64,000 nucleotides of DNA from a virus (IMGVR_UViG_3300044633_001982), one strand, 5' to 3'. Positions 45,941 to 54,780 are shown, counted from the stretch's first letter. Translations and numbers: made by a program. The notes: generated from the sequence alone by a model not told the origin.

Positions 45941-46336
45941 TTAATTCTTAGCTTCGGGGACCACTAAGTACATCCAAGCGTAATCGTTATATTCTATTAT
46001 CATAAATAACACTCCTGTAATTTCAGAAGGTCCCATATAGAAGTTACAACTATTCCCACTAGAATCTTGCATTCGGTATTGGGCAACATTATCTTGTTCT
46101 GCAAGTTTACCAACAACATAATAATCTTGTTGAGATTTACTAAAAATAGTAACTTTGGAATCCGTAAGTTTAATTAGAATGTCACAATCATTTATTGTTC
46201 CGTTCCATACAATTTCATTTGTACTAAAGTCACGGTAACCAATATTAAATGTTCGGGCTCTCGCGTACTCAATGTCTTGAGAGAAATAGGGTAAAGAAAA
46301 AAGAAAGAAAAGAATTGATAAGATAAAGTTTTTCAT
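45941..46336 (-). CDS. Exported (signal-peptide) protein
   Basis: MKNFILSILFFLFSLPYFS|Q: Sec signal with Gln at +1 (Bacteroidota Q-rule). Confidence 0.7.
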   Translation of the reverse strand: MKNFILSILFFLFSLPYFSQDIEYARARTFNIGYRDFSTNEIVWNGTINDCDILIKLTDSKVTIFSKSQQDYYVVGKLAEQDNVAQYRMQDSSGNSCNFYMGPSEITGVLFMIIEYNDYAWMYLVVPEAKN

Positions 46337-46352
46337 TTGATTATATTTTTTA

Positions 46353-46383
46353 CAAATATAATAAAAAAAATTAATTTACCAAA
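46353..46383 (-). promoter_or_regulatory. Bacteroidota primary-sigma promoter TTTG-N19-TATATTTG
   Basis: Perfect match upstream of the exported-protein gene. Confidence 0.7.
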
Positions 46384-47249
46384 CTAATCAATTTATTAAT
46401 ATCAAACATTTCGTCAATAGACATATAAGGACATTCATGATTTGGACCTTCAAATGAATAGTCAAAAAGATATGAGTCAATTAACTTAACTGTATCAGTT
46501 GGTAACTTTGGTGATATATTATTATGTATACTATATCCAAAATTATTTGGTGATGTTCCTACCCATATAACATTAGATTTAAGATTTAGAGCTGCCGCAG
46601 CATGTTGTAAACATGAGTCAATTAACACCCTTTTGTCTGATGATAAAATGATTAAACATAAATCAACTGCGGACAATTCATAATCAATAACTTCGGCATT
46701 TGGAAGTTGTCTTGATGATTTTTTACAAATTTGAATTATATGGTGTGTTTCACTAAATTTATTAGCAATTGATGATGACACATCAAATGGGATATCTCTG
46801 GTCCATGAATAAGATTGATTTGAATTAAACGCGCCCCCATTTGTTTGAATGAGTAATATTGGTTTTTCTCTTTGCCATTTAGACAATGAACGTTTTTGAG
46901 AAATATTTAAACTAATACTTGGTGTTTGATTGGTATACTCAATCCCGAGTAAGTCACACCAATTTTCAATTAGATGTGATTTTTTAAGTATATGATTTGT
47001 TTGATAATATGGTTCTTGTCGAAAGATTATTGTGTCTTTATCTTTAATATAATCATCATAAAAATATTGAGTGGTACCTAATTTGTATACTCTATAAACT
47101 GAAGAATGGTTTAAGAATACTTCAGGGTATGAGGCGACTACTACAATTTTTCTGTCTTCGTATTTCTCTTTTAATGATGTTAATAGAGACGTGGCGGCAA
47201 TGTTTTTACCCAATCCTCCCTGTATGTGCCAAACAATATATTTTTCCAT
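46371..47249 (-). CDS. GT9-fold glycosyltransferase-like protein, copy B
   Basis: GGLGK, DSCLQHAAAAL; shares long motifs with 15657..16547 (YPxVFLN, TNHIxKxxHLIExWC, IQTNGG, YSWxRDIP). ATG at 47249. Confidence 0.7.
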   Translation of the reverse strand: MEKYIVWHIQGGLGKNIAATSLLTSLKEKYEDRKIVVVASYPEVFLNHSSVYRVYKLGTTQYFYDDYIKDKDTIIFRQEPYYQTNHILKKSHLIENWCDLLGIEYTNQTPSISLNISQKRSLSKWQREKPILLIQTNGGAFNSNQSYSWTRDIPFDVSSSIANKFSETHHIIQICKKSSRQLPNAEVIDYELSAVDLCLIILSSDKRVLIDSCLQHAAAALNLKSNVIWVGTSPNNFGYSIHNNISPKLPTDTVKLIDSYLFDYSFEGPNHECPYMSIDEMFDINKLISLVN

Positions 47250-47250
47250 A

Positions 47251-47694
47251 TTAATTTTTAGAACCAATTCTTATAAATTTATACCATACTCTTTCGTGGA
47301 AGAAATAAACAATTGGTTTAAGTAACAATTCTCCCACACCTAATAACGATGATAACTCAATTGATGCCCCCAATGAGTACGCAACTCCTACGGTAATTAA
47401 AGTACCTAAAATTCTGTAAGATATTGTTTTTAAAATATGTCTGGTTAATACCGATTCTTGTTTAACTGTTGTTATATATGCTACAGTGTTTTTAATCTCA
47501 CAGTGACCCTCACAACTGATATGCCATTTATATTCGTTTAATTCAGGTATCCAGTCTTTAGTAGTATAAGTGTGACCATCAACAACAATATCAGAAACTA
47601 AAATTTCAGAACCATTCTCAATCAATCTCCATCTATCACATTCATTAGTTGAGTGAGTGTTAAATCTTATTTGAAATGTTTTAATTTTTTTCAT
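47251..47694 (-). CDS. Small beta-domain fused to DUF2061-like membrane domain
   Basis: C-terminal KTISYRILGT...ELLLKPIVYFFHERVW matches the DUF2061 pattern. Confidence 0.7.
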   Translation of the reverse strand: MKKIKTFQIRFNTHSTNECDRWRLIENGSEILVSDIVVDGHTYTTKDWIPELNEYKWHISCEGHCEIKNTVAYITTVKQESVLTRHILKTISYRILGTLITVGVAYSLGASIELSSLLGVGELLLKPIVYFFHERVWYKFIRIGSKN

Positions 47695-48089
47695 AGTTTA
47701 CCTTCCAATTTCATTTGTTCTCTTATTTTAGTTGCAGAAATATCGTGTATTTCTTGAGGGGGAATTCTTTCAATAATATCATACCCAACACCTCTACCAA
47801 ATTCTATTGAACATATATCAGGTATTACCATCACTTTAACTCTATCACTCAATTCAGAATAGTGTGACTCAATATTACTCTTAACTTCTTGAGCGGTGAA
47901 TGGATTTTTTTCATCAGGTTCAATGTCTCTGATACAAATCAATACATTCTTACCTTCATCCATCGCTTGTTTAAATAACTCTTGGTGTCCTTTATGTAGT
48001 GGTTGCCATCTACCGACAAACATTGCAAATTGTCCATCTTTTGGTTTCAAAGATGACTGAACGTGAACTTTTTTATCCCAGTTACTCAT
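47691..48089 (-). CDS. HIGH-motif nucleotidyltransferase (cytidylyltransferase-like); candidate minimal ATP sulfurylase
   Basis: GRWQPLHKGH and ISATKIRE motifs; overlaps cysC. Confidence 0.75.
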   Translation of the reverse strand: MSNWDKKVHVQSSLKPKDGQFAMFVGRWQPLHKGHQELFKQAMDEGKNVLICIRDIEPDEKNPFTAQEVKSNIESHYSELSDRVKVMVIPDICSIEFGRGVGYDIIERIPPQEIHDISATKIREQMKLEGKL

Positions 48090-48514
48090 TTTTTATTAAA
48101 AGGTATTAAATCAAGACATTCGTCTATAGTTTTATTTGTTGTGTCAATATCAATAAAGTTTTCAGTTGGTTGTTCATACTCCTTAACAAAGTTTTGTTCT
48201 CTACCTCTGATTTCACTTGTGTGAACATAGATTTCACAAACTTCATTAGTTTCTTTTAATGAGTCCCTCATTCTTTTATAAGGAGCAACAACAGAAATTA
48301 CAACTGTAAATCCCTTGTGGTCTAAAAAACGAGCCAAATCAACAACAGATTGGATATTTTTAATTCTACCTTCAGGTGAATAATCAAAGTTTTGAAATAA
48401 CTCCCTCAAACCATCTCCATCAACATTAATACAATTATCTGAACACTTCTCAATTAAAGCATTCGCCAATGTTGTTTTTCCTGAGCCAGGTTGACCTGTG
48501 AACCAATAAATCAT
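48086..48514 (-). CDS. cysC: Adenylyl-sulfate (APS) kinase
   Basis: WFTGQPGSGKTT, VDGD.LR, DYSPEGRIKN, VISVVAPY. Confidence 0.88.
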   Translation of the reverse strand: MIYWFTGQPGSGKTTLANALIEKCSDNCINVDGDGLRELFQNFDYSPEGRIKNIQSVVDLARFLDHKGFTVVISVVAPYKRMRDSLKETNEVCEIYVHTSEIRGREQNFVKEYEQPTENFIDIDTTNKTIDECLDLIPFNKK

Positions 48515-48768
48515 AGTTGTGTATAAGTTTTACCTGATTGAATCGTATCGTTTATTTCCGTTAATTGAGTTTCAGTTAATGCTGACATAAACCAATCTTT
48601 ACTTTTCATAACTTCTAAATGTTTGTAATTTCTCTCGACTGTAGTTTTTTTAACTTCAATTTTTTCTGTTGGTAATTTAGAACCATCAATAATTCCATTT
48701 ATTAGTGTCACCGAATTAAAGGCTGAATTAATTGATTTAGTTGGGTTTGGTATTTCATCGTTTTCCAT
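48511..48768 (-). CDS. Small fibre-associated (assembly chaperone-like) protein
   Basis: SVTLIN.II...VERNYKHLEVM..KDW...I..GK.Y resembles, from memory, a small family found next to phage tail fibre genes; unverified. Confidence 0.45.
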   Translation of the reverse strand: MENDEIPNPTKSINSAFNSVTLINGIIDGSKLPTEKIEVKKTTVERNYKHLEVMKSKDWFMSALTETQLTEINDTIQSGKTYTQL

Positions 48769-48773
48769 AAAGC

Positions 48774-49589
48774 TTATTTATAATTAAATTTATTGAAGAA
48801 CCAATTATAGTGTTCGTATAATCTATTACTATTATCAGCACCTAATATTTCGTTATAATCTTCTTTTGGTTGAGATAATGTATTTTTTATTGAGTGGTCA
48901 CCAAAAATTCCGTGTATGACATCATTTTCAATAGTTAACTGCTCAATATTATTAAAGTCGTGTTGATAAAAAGGTATCTCCAAATAATCGTAAATCCGTT
49001 TTAACTCTTTATCAGGATTTGATGTTAGGTCTTCAAATCTAACAAAAAGAATATCTTTGTCATATCCTTGGTGAATTGACTCAAATAACCATTCTAATGA
49101 TGGACCAATTGGGGGAGATATTGAAAAATGGTCAACTCTTGATGTTGTTGTCATATTTTTTAATTCATTGACATTTACTAATAGAGGGTCTTTATGTGAA
49201 TTTTTTCTATAGTTTTTTTCCATTGAAGAGAAAATTGCCCTTAGGTCCCTAACCATACAAATAATTTTAGGTGTCCCGTAAAACCACTTTAAGAAATGAT
49301 AGTTACCTATCCACGCTCTACTCTTATCAATAACATAGGGTCTATCAGTTATGTTATCGAAAAAACCCGTTAAACCTTTTTCACAAAAACTTTTTAATCC
49401 CTCTCTCATTTCATCAGGATTTTGTGCTTTAAATGCGTCACCTGTTGTATATATGGTTCTAGCTTGTAAAAGTAGCTCAATCACTCCTGAAGTTGGTGTT
49501 GAATAAATTTCAGGATTTTGCATTAATATGTTTTGAATTAATGTTGACCCTGCTCTTGGTAATGATGCGTTAAAAAATATTTTCTTCAT
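48774..49589 (-). CDS. PAPS-dependent sulfotransferase, copy B
   Basis: SLPRAGSTL and VRDLRAIFSS; clearly paralogous to 16914..17738 (TPTSGV, FKAQ.P, EGLTGF, DKSR.W, GIFGDH). Confidence 0.88.
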   Translation of the reverse strand: MKKIFFNASLPRAGSTLIQNILMQNPEIYSTPTSGVIELLLQARTIYTTGDAFKAQNPDEMREGLKSFCEKGLTGFFDNITDRPYVIDKSRAWIGNYHFLKWFYGTPKIICMVRDLRAIFSSMEKNYRKNSHKDPLLVNVNELKNMTTTSRVDHFSISPPIGPSLEWLFESIHQGYDKDILFVRFEDLTSNPDKELKRIYDYLEIPFYQHDFNNIEQLTIENDVIHGIFGDHSIKNTLSQPKEDYNEILGADNSNRLYEHYNWFFNKFNYK

Positions 49590-49595
49590 AGGTTA

Positions 49596-49624
49596 ATATT
49601 AACCCACAAAACTAAAAATGTCAA
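49596..49624 (-). promoter_or_regulatory. Sigma70-like promoter TTGACA-N17-TAATAT for the sulfation cassette
   Basis: Exact consensus -35 and 17-nt spacer, between the fibre stop (49627) and the sulfotransferase ATG (49589). Confidence 0.65.
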
Positions 49625-49626
49625 AG

Positions 49627-52600
49627 TTAAGCTAATAAAACTTTGTAAGAATTTCCGTTAATTCTTATTTCCCAAGTCCTTGAGGAACTGCACGACTCAG
49701 TTGTTATAGTACCAATAGGAATTGAGGAACTACCTACAACAAATTGATTATTTCCAGTTGCCGTAGCATAACCACCAAGAATAATTGAATAATTATAATT
49801 TCCTGAATTTGTATTATTACCAATTGCAATATTTCGGTACCCTGAGGTGTTTTGATATAATGATTTATATCCAAGTGCAATATTTGATTGTCCATAGTTA
49901 GAAAATAAAACACAATAGCCCAATCCAATATTATGAGAACCACCATTACTTCCATACATTGATTTAAGACCTAAAAGAATATTATAACTACCACCGCAAG
50001 ACGTTCTTCCAAAACTATAATATCCAATAGCAATGTTGTGATTTCCAACAGGTACTGGACCAGTATAACCAATTGATTTAGTCCCTATTGCAATGTTATT
50101 ATTACCTCCATTAGCCCTATATAGAGCACCACTACCTATTGCAACATTTTCACTGCCATATACATTAAAAGTGAGAGTATTATGTCCTAAACTCACATTT
50201 AAATTTCCATAATAGTTGCAAGATTGAGATTCTTGCCCTATCGCAATATTACCTGAAAATTTTGAGTAATTTGTTGTGTAGTACGGCGCTCCTGAGTTTG
50301 TTGTACCACCATATAGGGAATTCAATCCGATTGCAATATTTGATAGTCTACTTTCACCACCAACCCAATCATGTAATGTATTGGGCCCAATTGCTATATT
50401 ATCAGATTTTTTGTCCGATTTACGAAGTGATTGATAACCTATCGCAATATTTCTAACCCCATCAGTATTATAACATAACGCCTGATTACCAATTGCAATG
50501 TTGTCTCTACCTGTACTTGTATAGTATAATGAGTTATATCCTAATGAAATATTGTTACTACCTGTTGTAATTTCTCCACCTGAATTTCTACCTAACGCAA
50601 TGTTGTGTACACCTGTAGTATTACTATATAAAGAACTTCTACCTATTGCAATATTATAATTACCCGTAAAATTGTTGGCCATTGTACCTCTACCTAACGC
50701 AACATTACCACAACCTTGGTTGGAATAACATCCTGAATTACTCATCAAAGCTCTTCTACCAATTGCAATATTTTCACAACCATTATTATTATTTAACATT
50801 GAACACCTACCAATTGCAACGTTAAAATCAGGTTTTGGTCCTTGTGCTCCTGTATTGTAATACAATGCCGCCTGACCAATTGCAATGTTATGGTCTGAAG
50901 CCGAAGTATTGTTTCTTAAAGAATCATATCCGATTCCAATATTACCAATACCACTTGTTAAACAATTCGAGTTTTGTCTTATAGCATTAGTCCCAATTGC
51001 AATATTCTTGGAACCGTTGGGATTACAATACAATGATGTAACACCTAAGGAAATATTATCATCACCTGCACATTTATTTTTTTGACTTTTGAAACCCAAT
51101 GCAATGTTACGAGAAAAACTAATTGAACATCCGTAACCATATAACGCATAATCACCTATACCGATATTACAATAACCTGTAGACAACTTTTTTAAAGAAT
51201 TAGTACCTATCCCAATATTACGAGAAATACTAGTCCCCTCACGTAATGATTTATCACCAATTGCAATATTTCCAAACATACATTGAGAGATATTATAAAG
51301 AGAAGAACTCCCCATAGATATGTTATTATTCCCACATGCTTGGTACATATTTTTATATCCAATGGATATATTGTAATTCAGGCCATAACATACTGATTGA
51401 GAACTGGACATAGATTTATGACCTAAGGATATGTTAAAATCACCTATGGTTTTACTTCTTAAAGACTTATACCCAATTGATGTATTACCTTGTCCAAGAT
51501 TACTTGTTTGTGACTGTTGTCCTATCGCAATGTTATTCCCTCCAGGAGCCACTCCACTAAATGCAACACCACCAATTGATATATTAGTACATACGTTAAA
51601 ATTACCTCTACCAACACGAACACCATTCACATTCAACGTTGGTGAGGTTGCGGCACCATCAAATGTTAACAATGATTCTGCAACTGCGCCTCCACTACCA
51701 TCAGATGTTAAAACCTGATTGTTTGAACCTGGCACCGTGAACTGAGGTGACCCACTAAAAACTAATGTATTTGTTGACGCTGAAGTAATTGATATATTAA
51801 CACCACTAAAATTTATAAAAGTTCCAGTATTTGCGGAGAATTGTGTGGTACCACTAATTCTTACAGATTGAAATGATGATGGTAAGTTTTGATATGTGGT
51901 TGCAGATATTGTAGTTGCAGTTAATCCTTGTAGTGAAGTATTTCCTGTTACGGTTAAGTTGCCATTAATAGTTCCACCACTTTTATCAAATTTATTACTT
52001 ATATCGGTTTGAATTGTTTGAATTATTGAACATCCGCTTAATGTACCACAAGTCAAAGCCGAATTGTCTGAAAATGGTGTTATTCCATAAGAATAATGTT
52101 GGGTACCTTCAGTGACTAAAGTTATTGAATGTGATTGATTACTAGTATTCGTTGCTCTTACTTTTACAACAATTCTGTCAGTTGTATTTATTGATGAACC
52201 CGAATAATATCCGTCCGTTAATTGCATTGATGGATTTGGGGAATTTGTAGTTACTGGAGCCGGGTCAGTTGTAACAAGTAGAGTTTCGGTTCCCCCTGTG
52301 GTTCTTAAATAAACCTCACAGAATATATCAAAAGATGCGTTACTATTTTGTTTGAAAGAATGAAGATAAAAGCTCCAATATCCTGCAGGTATTAGAGATG
52401 CGTTTGGATATCCAGTTGGTGTTTGAAATGAGGTAATCGTACTAGTTACTCCATTGTTAATTGTAACAGCCGTTATTTGTTGTGAATTTGTTGTTCCACT
52501 TGGACTAAATTCTCTATATGGTGGTTGTGAGTTTGATAAATTTAAATAATATACTTGACCTCCAGGTCCTCCTATTGGAAGTCCAGTAACCGTAAAAGTT

Positions 52601-53010
52601 CCTCCTGTATTATTTAAAAAGGTAATTTCTCCATTTGTATAAGTTCCTCCTGTAACATAAACATCGGTTGGTAAATTCTGATAAGTTGTTGCTGAAATTG
52701 TGTTAGCAGTTAGTCCACTTTGGAATATAGTCCCCCCCGATACAGTTCCACCACTTAACGGAAGATATACACCTGTTGTTCCTCCAGCAGGACCCCAATT
52801 GGCGTTACCTGAAGCATCACAAGTTAATACATAACCATTTTGTTCAGTTCCATTAGAATACGTAAATCCACTATTTATAGTAAGTCCCGATAAAAAGATT
52901 GGATTAACAGGAATGGCTCCACCGATACGATAAACAATACCTGTTGATAAGTCAGATTGTAAGACGTAATTATAAGAATCTTTAATTAATTGGTTTTTAA
53001 TATCGGCCAT
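49627..53010 (-). CDS. Tail fibre with NxAIG (YadA-head-like) beta-solenoid repeats, Cys-rich
   Basis: 1127 aa; YLPLSGGT and FDKSGGTINGNL fibre motifs; about 30 N(I/V)(A/S/G)(I/L)G repeats; C-terminal WEIRINGNSYKVLLA; no S74 chaperone. Confidence 0.82.
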   Translation of the reverse strand: MADIKNQLIKDSYNYVLQSDLSTGIVYRIGGAIPVNPIFLSGLTINSGFTYSNGTEQNGYVLTCDASGNANWGPAGGTTGVYLPLSGGTVSGGTIFQSGLTANTISATTYQNLPTDVYVTGGTYTNGEITFLNNTGGTFTVTGLPIGGPGGQVYYLNLSNSQPPYREFSPSGTTNSQQITAVTINNGVTSTITSFQTPTGYPNASLIPAGYWSFYLHSFKQNSNASFDIFCEVYLRTTGGTETLLVTTDPAPVTTNSPNPSMQLTDGYYSGSSINTTDRIVVKVRATNTSNQSHSITLVTEGTQHYSYGITPFSDNSALTCGTLSGCSIIQTIQTDISNKFDKSGGTINGNLTVTGNTSLQGLTATTISATTYQNLPSSFQSVRISGTTQFSANTGTFINFSGVNISITSASTNTLVFSGSPQFTVPGSNNQVLTSDGSGGAVAESLLTFDGAATSPTLNVNGVRVGRGNFNVCTNISIGGVAFSGVAPGGNNIAIGQQSQTSNLGQGNTSIGYKSLRSKTIGDFNISLGHKSMSSSQSVCYGLNYNISIGYKNMYQACGNNNISMGSSSLYNISQCMFGNIAIGDKSLREGTSISRNIGIGTNSLKKLSTGYCNIGIGDYALYGYGCSISFSRNIALGFKSQKNKCAGDDNISLGVTSLYCNPNGSKNIAIGTNAIRQNSNCLTSGIGNIGIGYDSLRNNTSASDHNIAIGQAALYYNTGAQGPKPDFNVAIGRCSMLNNNNGCENIAIGRRALMSNSGCYSNQGCGNVALGRGTMANNFTGNYNIAIGRSSLYSNTTGVHNIALGRNSGGEITTGSNNISLGYNSLYYTSTGRDNIAIGNQALCYNTDGVRNIAIGYQSLRKSDKKSDNIAIGPNTLHDWVGGESRLSNIAIGLNSLYGGTTNSGAPYYTTNYSKFSGNIAIGQESQSCNYYGNLNVSLGHNTLTFNVYGSENVAIGSGALYRANGGNNNIAIGTKSIGYTGPVPVGNHNIAIGYYSFGRTSCGGSYNILLGLKSMYGSNGGSHNIGLGYCVLFSNYGQSNIALGYKSLYQNTSGYRNIAIGNNTNSGNYNYSIILGGYATATGNNQFVVGSSSIPIGTITTESCSSSRTWEIRINGNSYKVLLA

Positions 53011-53034
53011 GCTTTAATTTTACAAATTTTAAGT

Positions 53035-53046
53035 TATTTATAAATA
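53035..53046. promoter_or_regulatory. Palindromic bidirectional late-promoter motif TATTTATAAATA
   Basis: Overlapping TATTTATA on both strands between divergent genes 53010 (-) and 53049 (+). Confidence 0.55.
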
Positions 53047-53048
53047 GT

Positions 53049-53387
53049 ATGGCAACTGTTTGTTATAAATGGAGTGACGCACCTTTTGCGTGGATTGATA
53101 CCCCTTTTACATGGGTGGAAGGGTGTATTATTGAAAAAATATTAGATGTAGTTAGTGCCGGTAGGGACAATTACAAAAAAACTAAAGAAAGAATAAAAGA
53201 ATTAACAGACGATGAAAAGGAAATTTTAATAAAACTTTTTGTCAGATTAGAAGTTGATGAGATAGAGTTTGAAAAAAGAGTTAATAAAAATAAAAATACA
53301 AAAGTTAAAATAAAACTTAAAGATATTGAAGTTGCAATGGCTCAAGAAAAATTTATAAAAGTCAATGTTAAAATTAATGAAGATTGA
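53049..53387 (+). CDS. Hypothetical protein
   Basis: 112 aa; late motif upstream. Confidence 0.6.
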   Translation: MATVCYKWSDAPFAWIDTPFTWVEGCIIEKILDVVSAGRDNYKKTKERIKELTDDEKEILIKLFVRLEVDEIEFEKRVNKNKNTKVKIKLKDIEVAMAQEKFIKVNVKINED

Positions 53388-53389
53388 TA

Positions 53390-53397
53390 TATTTATA
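53390..53397 (+). promoter_or_regulatory. Putative late promoter motif TATTTATA
   Basis: 4 nt before the ATG at 53402. Confidence 0.55.
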
Positions 53398-53401
53398 AGA
53401 T

Positions 53402-53863
53402 ATGGGATACAATTTATATACAGACAAACCAAATAAATTCAATTGTAATATTGAAATTGAAGGTACTTCCTTATCTAAGTCTAAAGTTAGATTAGTTGTT
53501 GAAACAAATGACATGTCATACATGTTTAATGGTAGTATCGAAAATAATGGAGTTTGTGAAGTTAACATCCCAAAAACAAAACACTTTTTACCTGAAGGTA
53601 CAAAAGGTAATATGAGACTTGAAGTTATTGCTGATGATGTTTATTTTGAGCCATGGTCCTCAGACTTCAACGTTAAAACAAACAAAAAAGTGAATGTTAC
53701 GGTTTCAGAACAAGTTGAAGAAAAACCAAAATTAAAAGTTCAAGTATTTGAACAAGAAGAAGAAAAAAATGTTAAACCCGTTGTCGAGACAAAACAACCT
53801 GTTAAGAAATTCAAAAAACAGTTAACAAAAGAGGACCTTCTTAAAAAATTGATGTCACTTTAA
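53402..53863 (+). CDS. Hypothetical beta-rich (Ig-like) structural protein
   Basis: Alternating beta-strand pattern; charged tail. Confidence 0.55.
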   Translation: MGYNLYTDKPNKFNCNIEIEGTSLSKSKVRLVVETNDMSYMFNGSIENNGVCEVNIPKTKHFLPEGTKGNMRLEVIADDVYFEPWSSDFNVKTNKKVNVTVSEQVEEKPKLKVQVFEQEEEKNVKPVVETKQPVKKFKKQLTKEDLLKKLMSL

Positions 53864-53871
53864 TTCTAAAG

Positions 53872-53900
53872 TTGATATTTCTAATATTTAATGTTATATT
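53872..53900 (+). promoter_or_regulatory. Sigma70-like promoter TTGATA-N17-TATATT
   Basis: Upstream of the MTase ATG at 53916. Confidence 0.55.
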
Positions 53901-53915
53901 TTTACCAAAAAAATT

Positions 53916-54755
53916 ATGCTATCATATATTGGAGGTAAGAGTAAAATTGGTAAATGGATTGTTCCGTTTTACCCAAAAGATATGGAAACATATGTGGAGA
54001 CTTTTGGAGGGATGTTTTGGTGTTTCTTTAATATGGACTTAAAACAATTTCCAAATCTTAAACGAGTTGTTTATAACGACTTTAATCCACTTAATTACAA
54101 TTTGTTTATGTGTCTTCAAAATCCCGAAGTTCTTTTATCTGCGGTGAATAGAATTCCCTGTCAGGAAAAAGGAGAGGAAGTGACCCCACCAATTTACAAA
54201 GAACAGTTTCAGGATTTTCAAAAAGAAATATTTGGGGAGGGATTTGCAATTAATTACCCTGACTATGATATCGCTGCTAAGTACGCTTATGTTTTAACTC
54301 AGGTATTCAGTGGTTCAAAACCAGAAACAAGTTCATTTATTGATTTAAAAGGTAAATACAAATCAAAATATCTTACATTCAGAGATAAATTATCTAAACC
54401 TGAATGGGTTGAGCATTTTAATAAAATAAGTCATTTCAGATTAGGTGACTTTGAAAATGTTATTAAAGAATTTGATAGTCCTACTACATATTTTTATCTT
54501 GACCCTCCATATTGGAAAACTGAAAATTATTACTCAAACCATGATTTTGATAGAGATGACCATGAGCGTCTTGCGAATTCTTTAAAAAATATACAAGGAA
54601 AATTTTCACTATCGTATTATGATTTTGAACTATTACACACTTGGTTTCCTGAAAGTCAATATAAATGGGAGAAAAAAGAATTTGCTAAGGCAGCCGCTGC
54701 TAAAAAAGGAAAATCACAAAATATGGGTGAGGAATTGTTAATTATGAATTATTGA
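53916..54755 (+). CDS. D12-class (Dam-like) N6-adenine DNA methyltransferase
   Basis: YIGGKS, YVETFGG, YNDFN, YLDPPY; target site unknown. Confidence 0.9.
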   Translation: MLSYIGGKSKIGKWIVPFYPKDMETYVETFGGMFWCFFNMDLKQFPNLKRVVYNDFNPLNYNLFMCLQNPEVLLSAVNRIPCQEKGEEVTPPIYKEQFQDFQKEIFGEGFAINYPDYDIAAKYAYVLTQVFSGSKPETSSFIDLKGKYKSKYLTFRDKLSKPEWVEHFNKISHFRLGDFENVIKEFDSPTTYFYLDPPYWKTENYYSNHDFDRDDHERLANSLKNIQGKFSLSYYDFELLHTWFPESQYKWEKKEFAKAAAAKKGKSQNMGEELLIMNY

Positions 54756-54757
54756 TA

Positions 54758-54764
54758 TATTTAT
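54758..54764 (+). promoter_or_regulatory. Putative late promoter motif TATTTAT
   Basis: 16 nt before the ATG at 54781. Confidence 0.45.
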
Positions 54765-54780
54765 TGTAAAAACTCAAAAG

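Noticed and set aside
48086-48514. cysC as a sulfur-assimilation auxiliary metabolic gene
   Set aside because: It is coupled to a sulfotransferase and fibre genes with no reductases nearby in this window, so donor supply for sulfation is the better reading.
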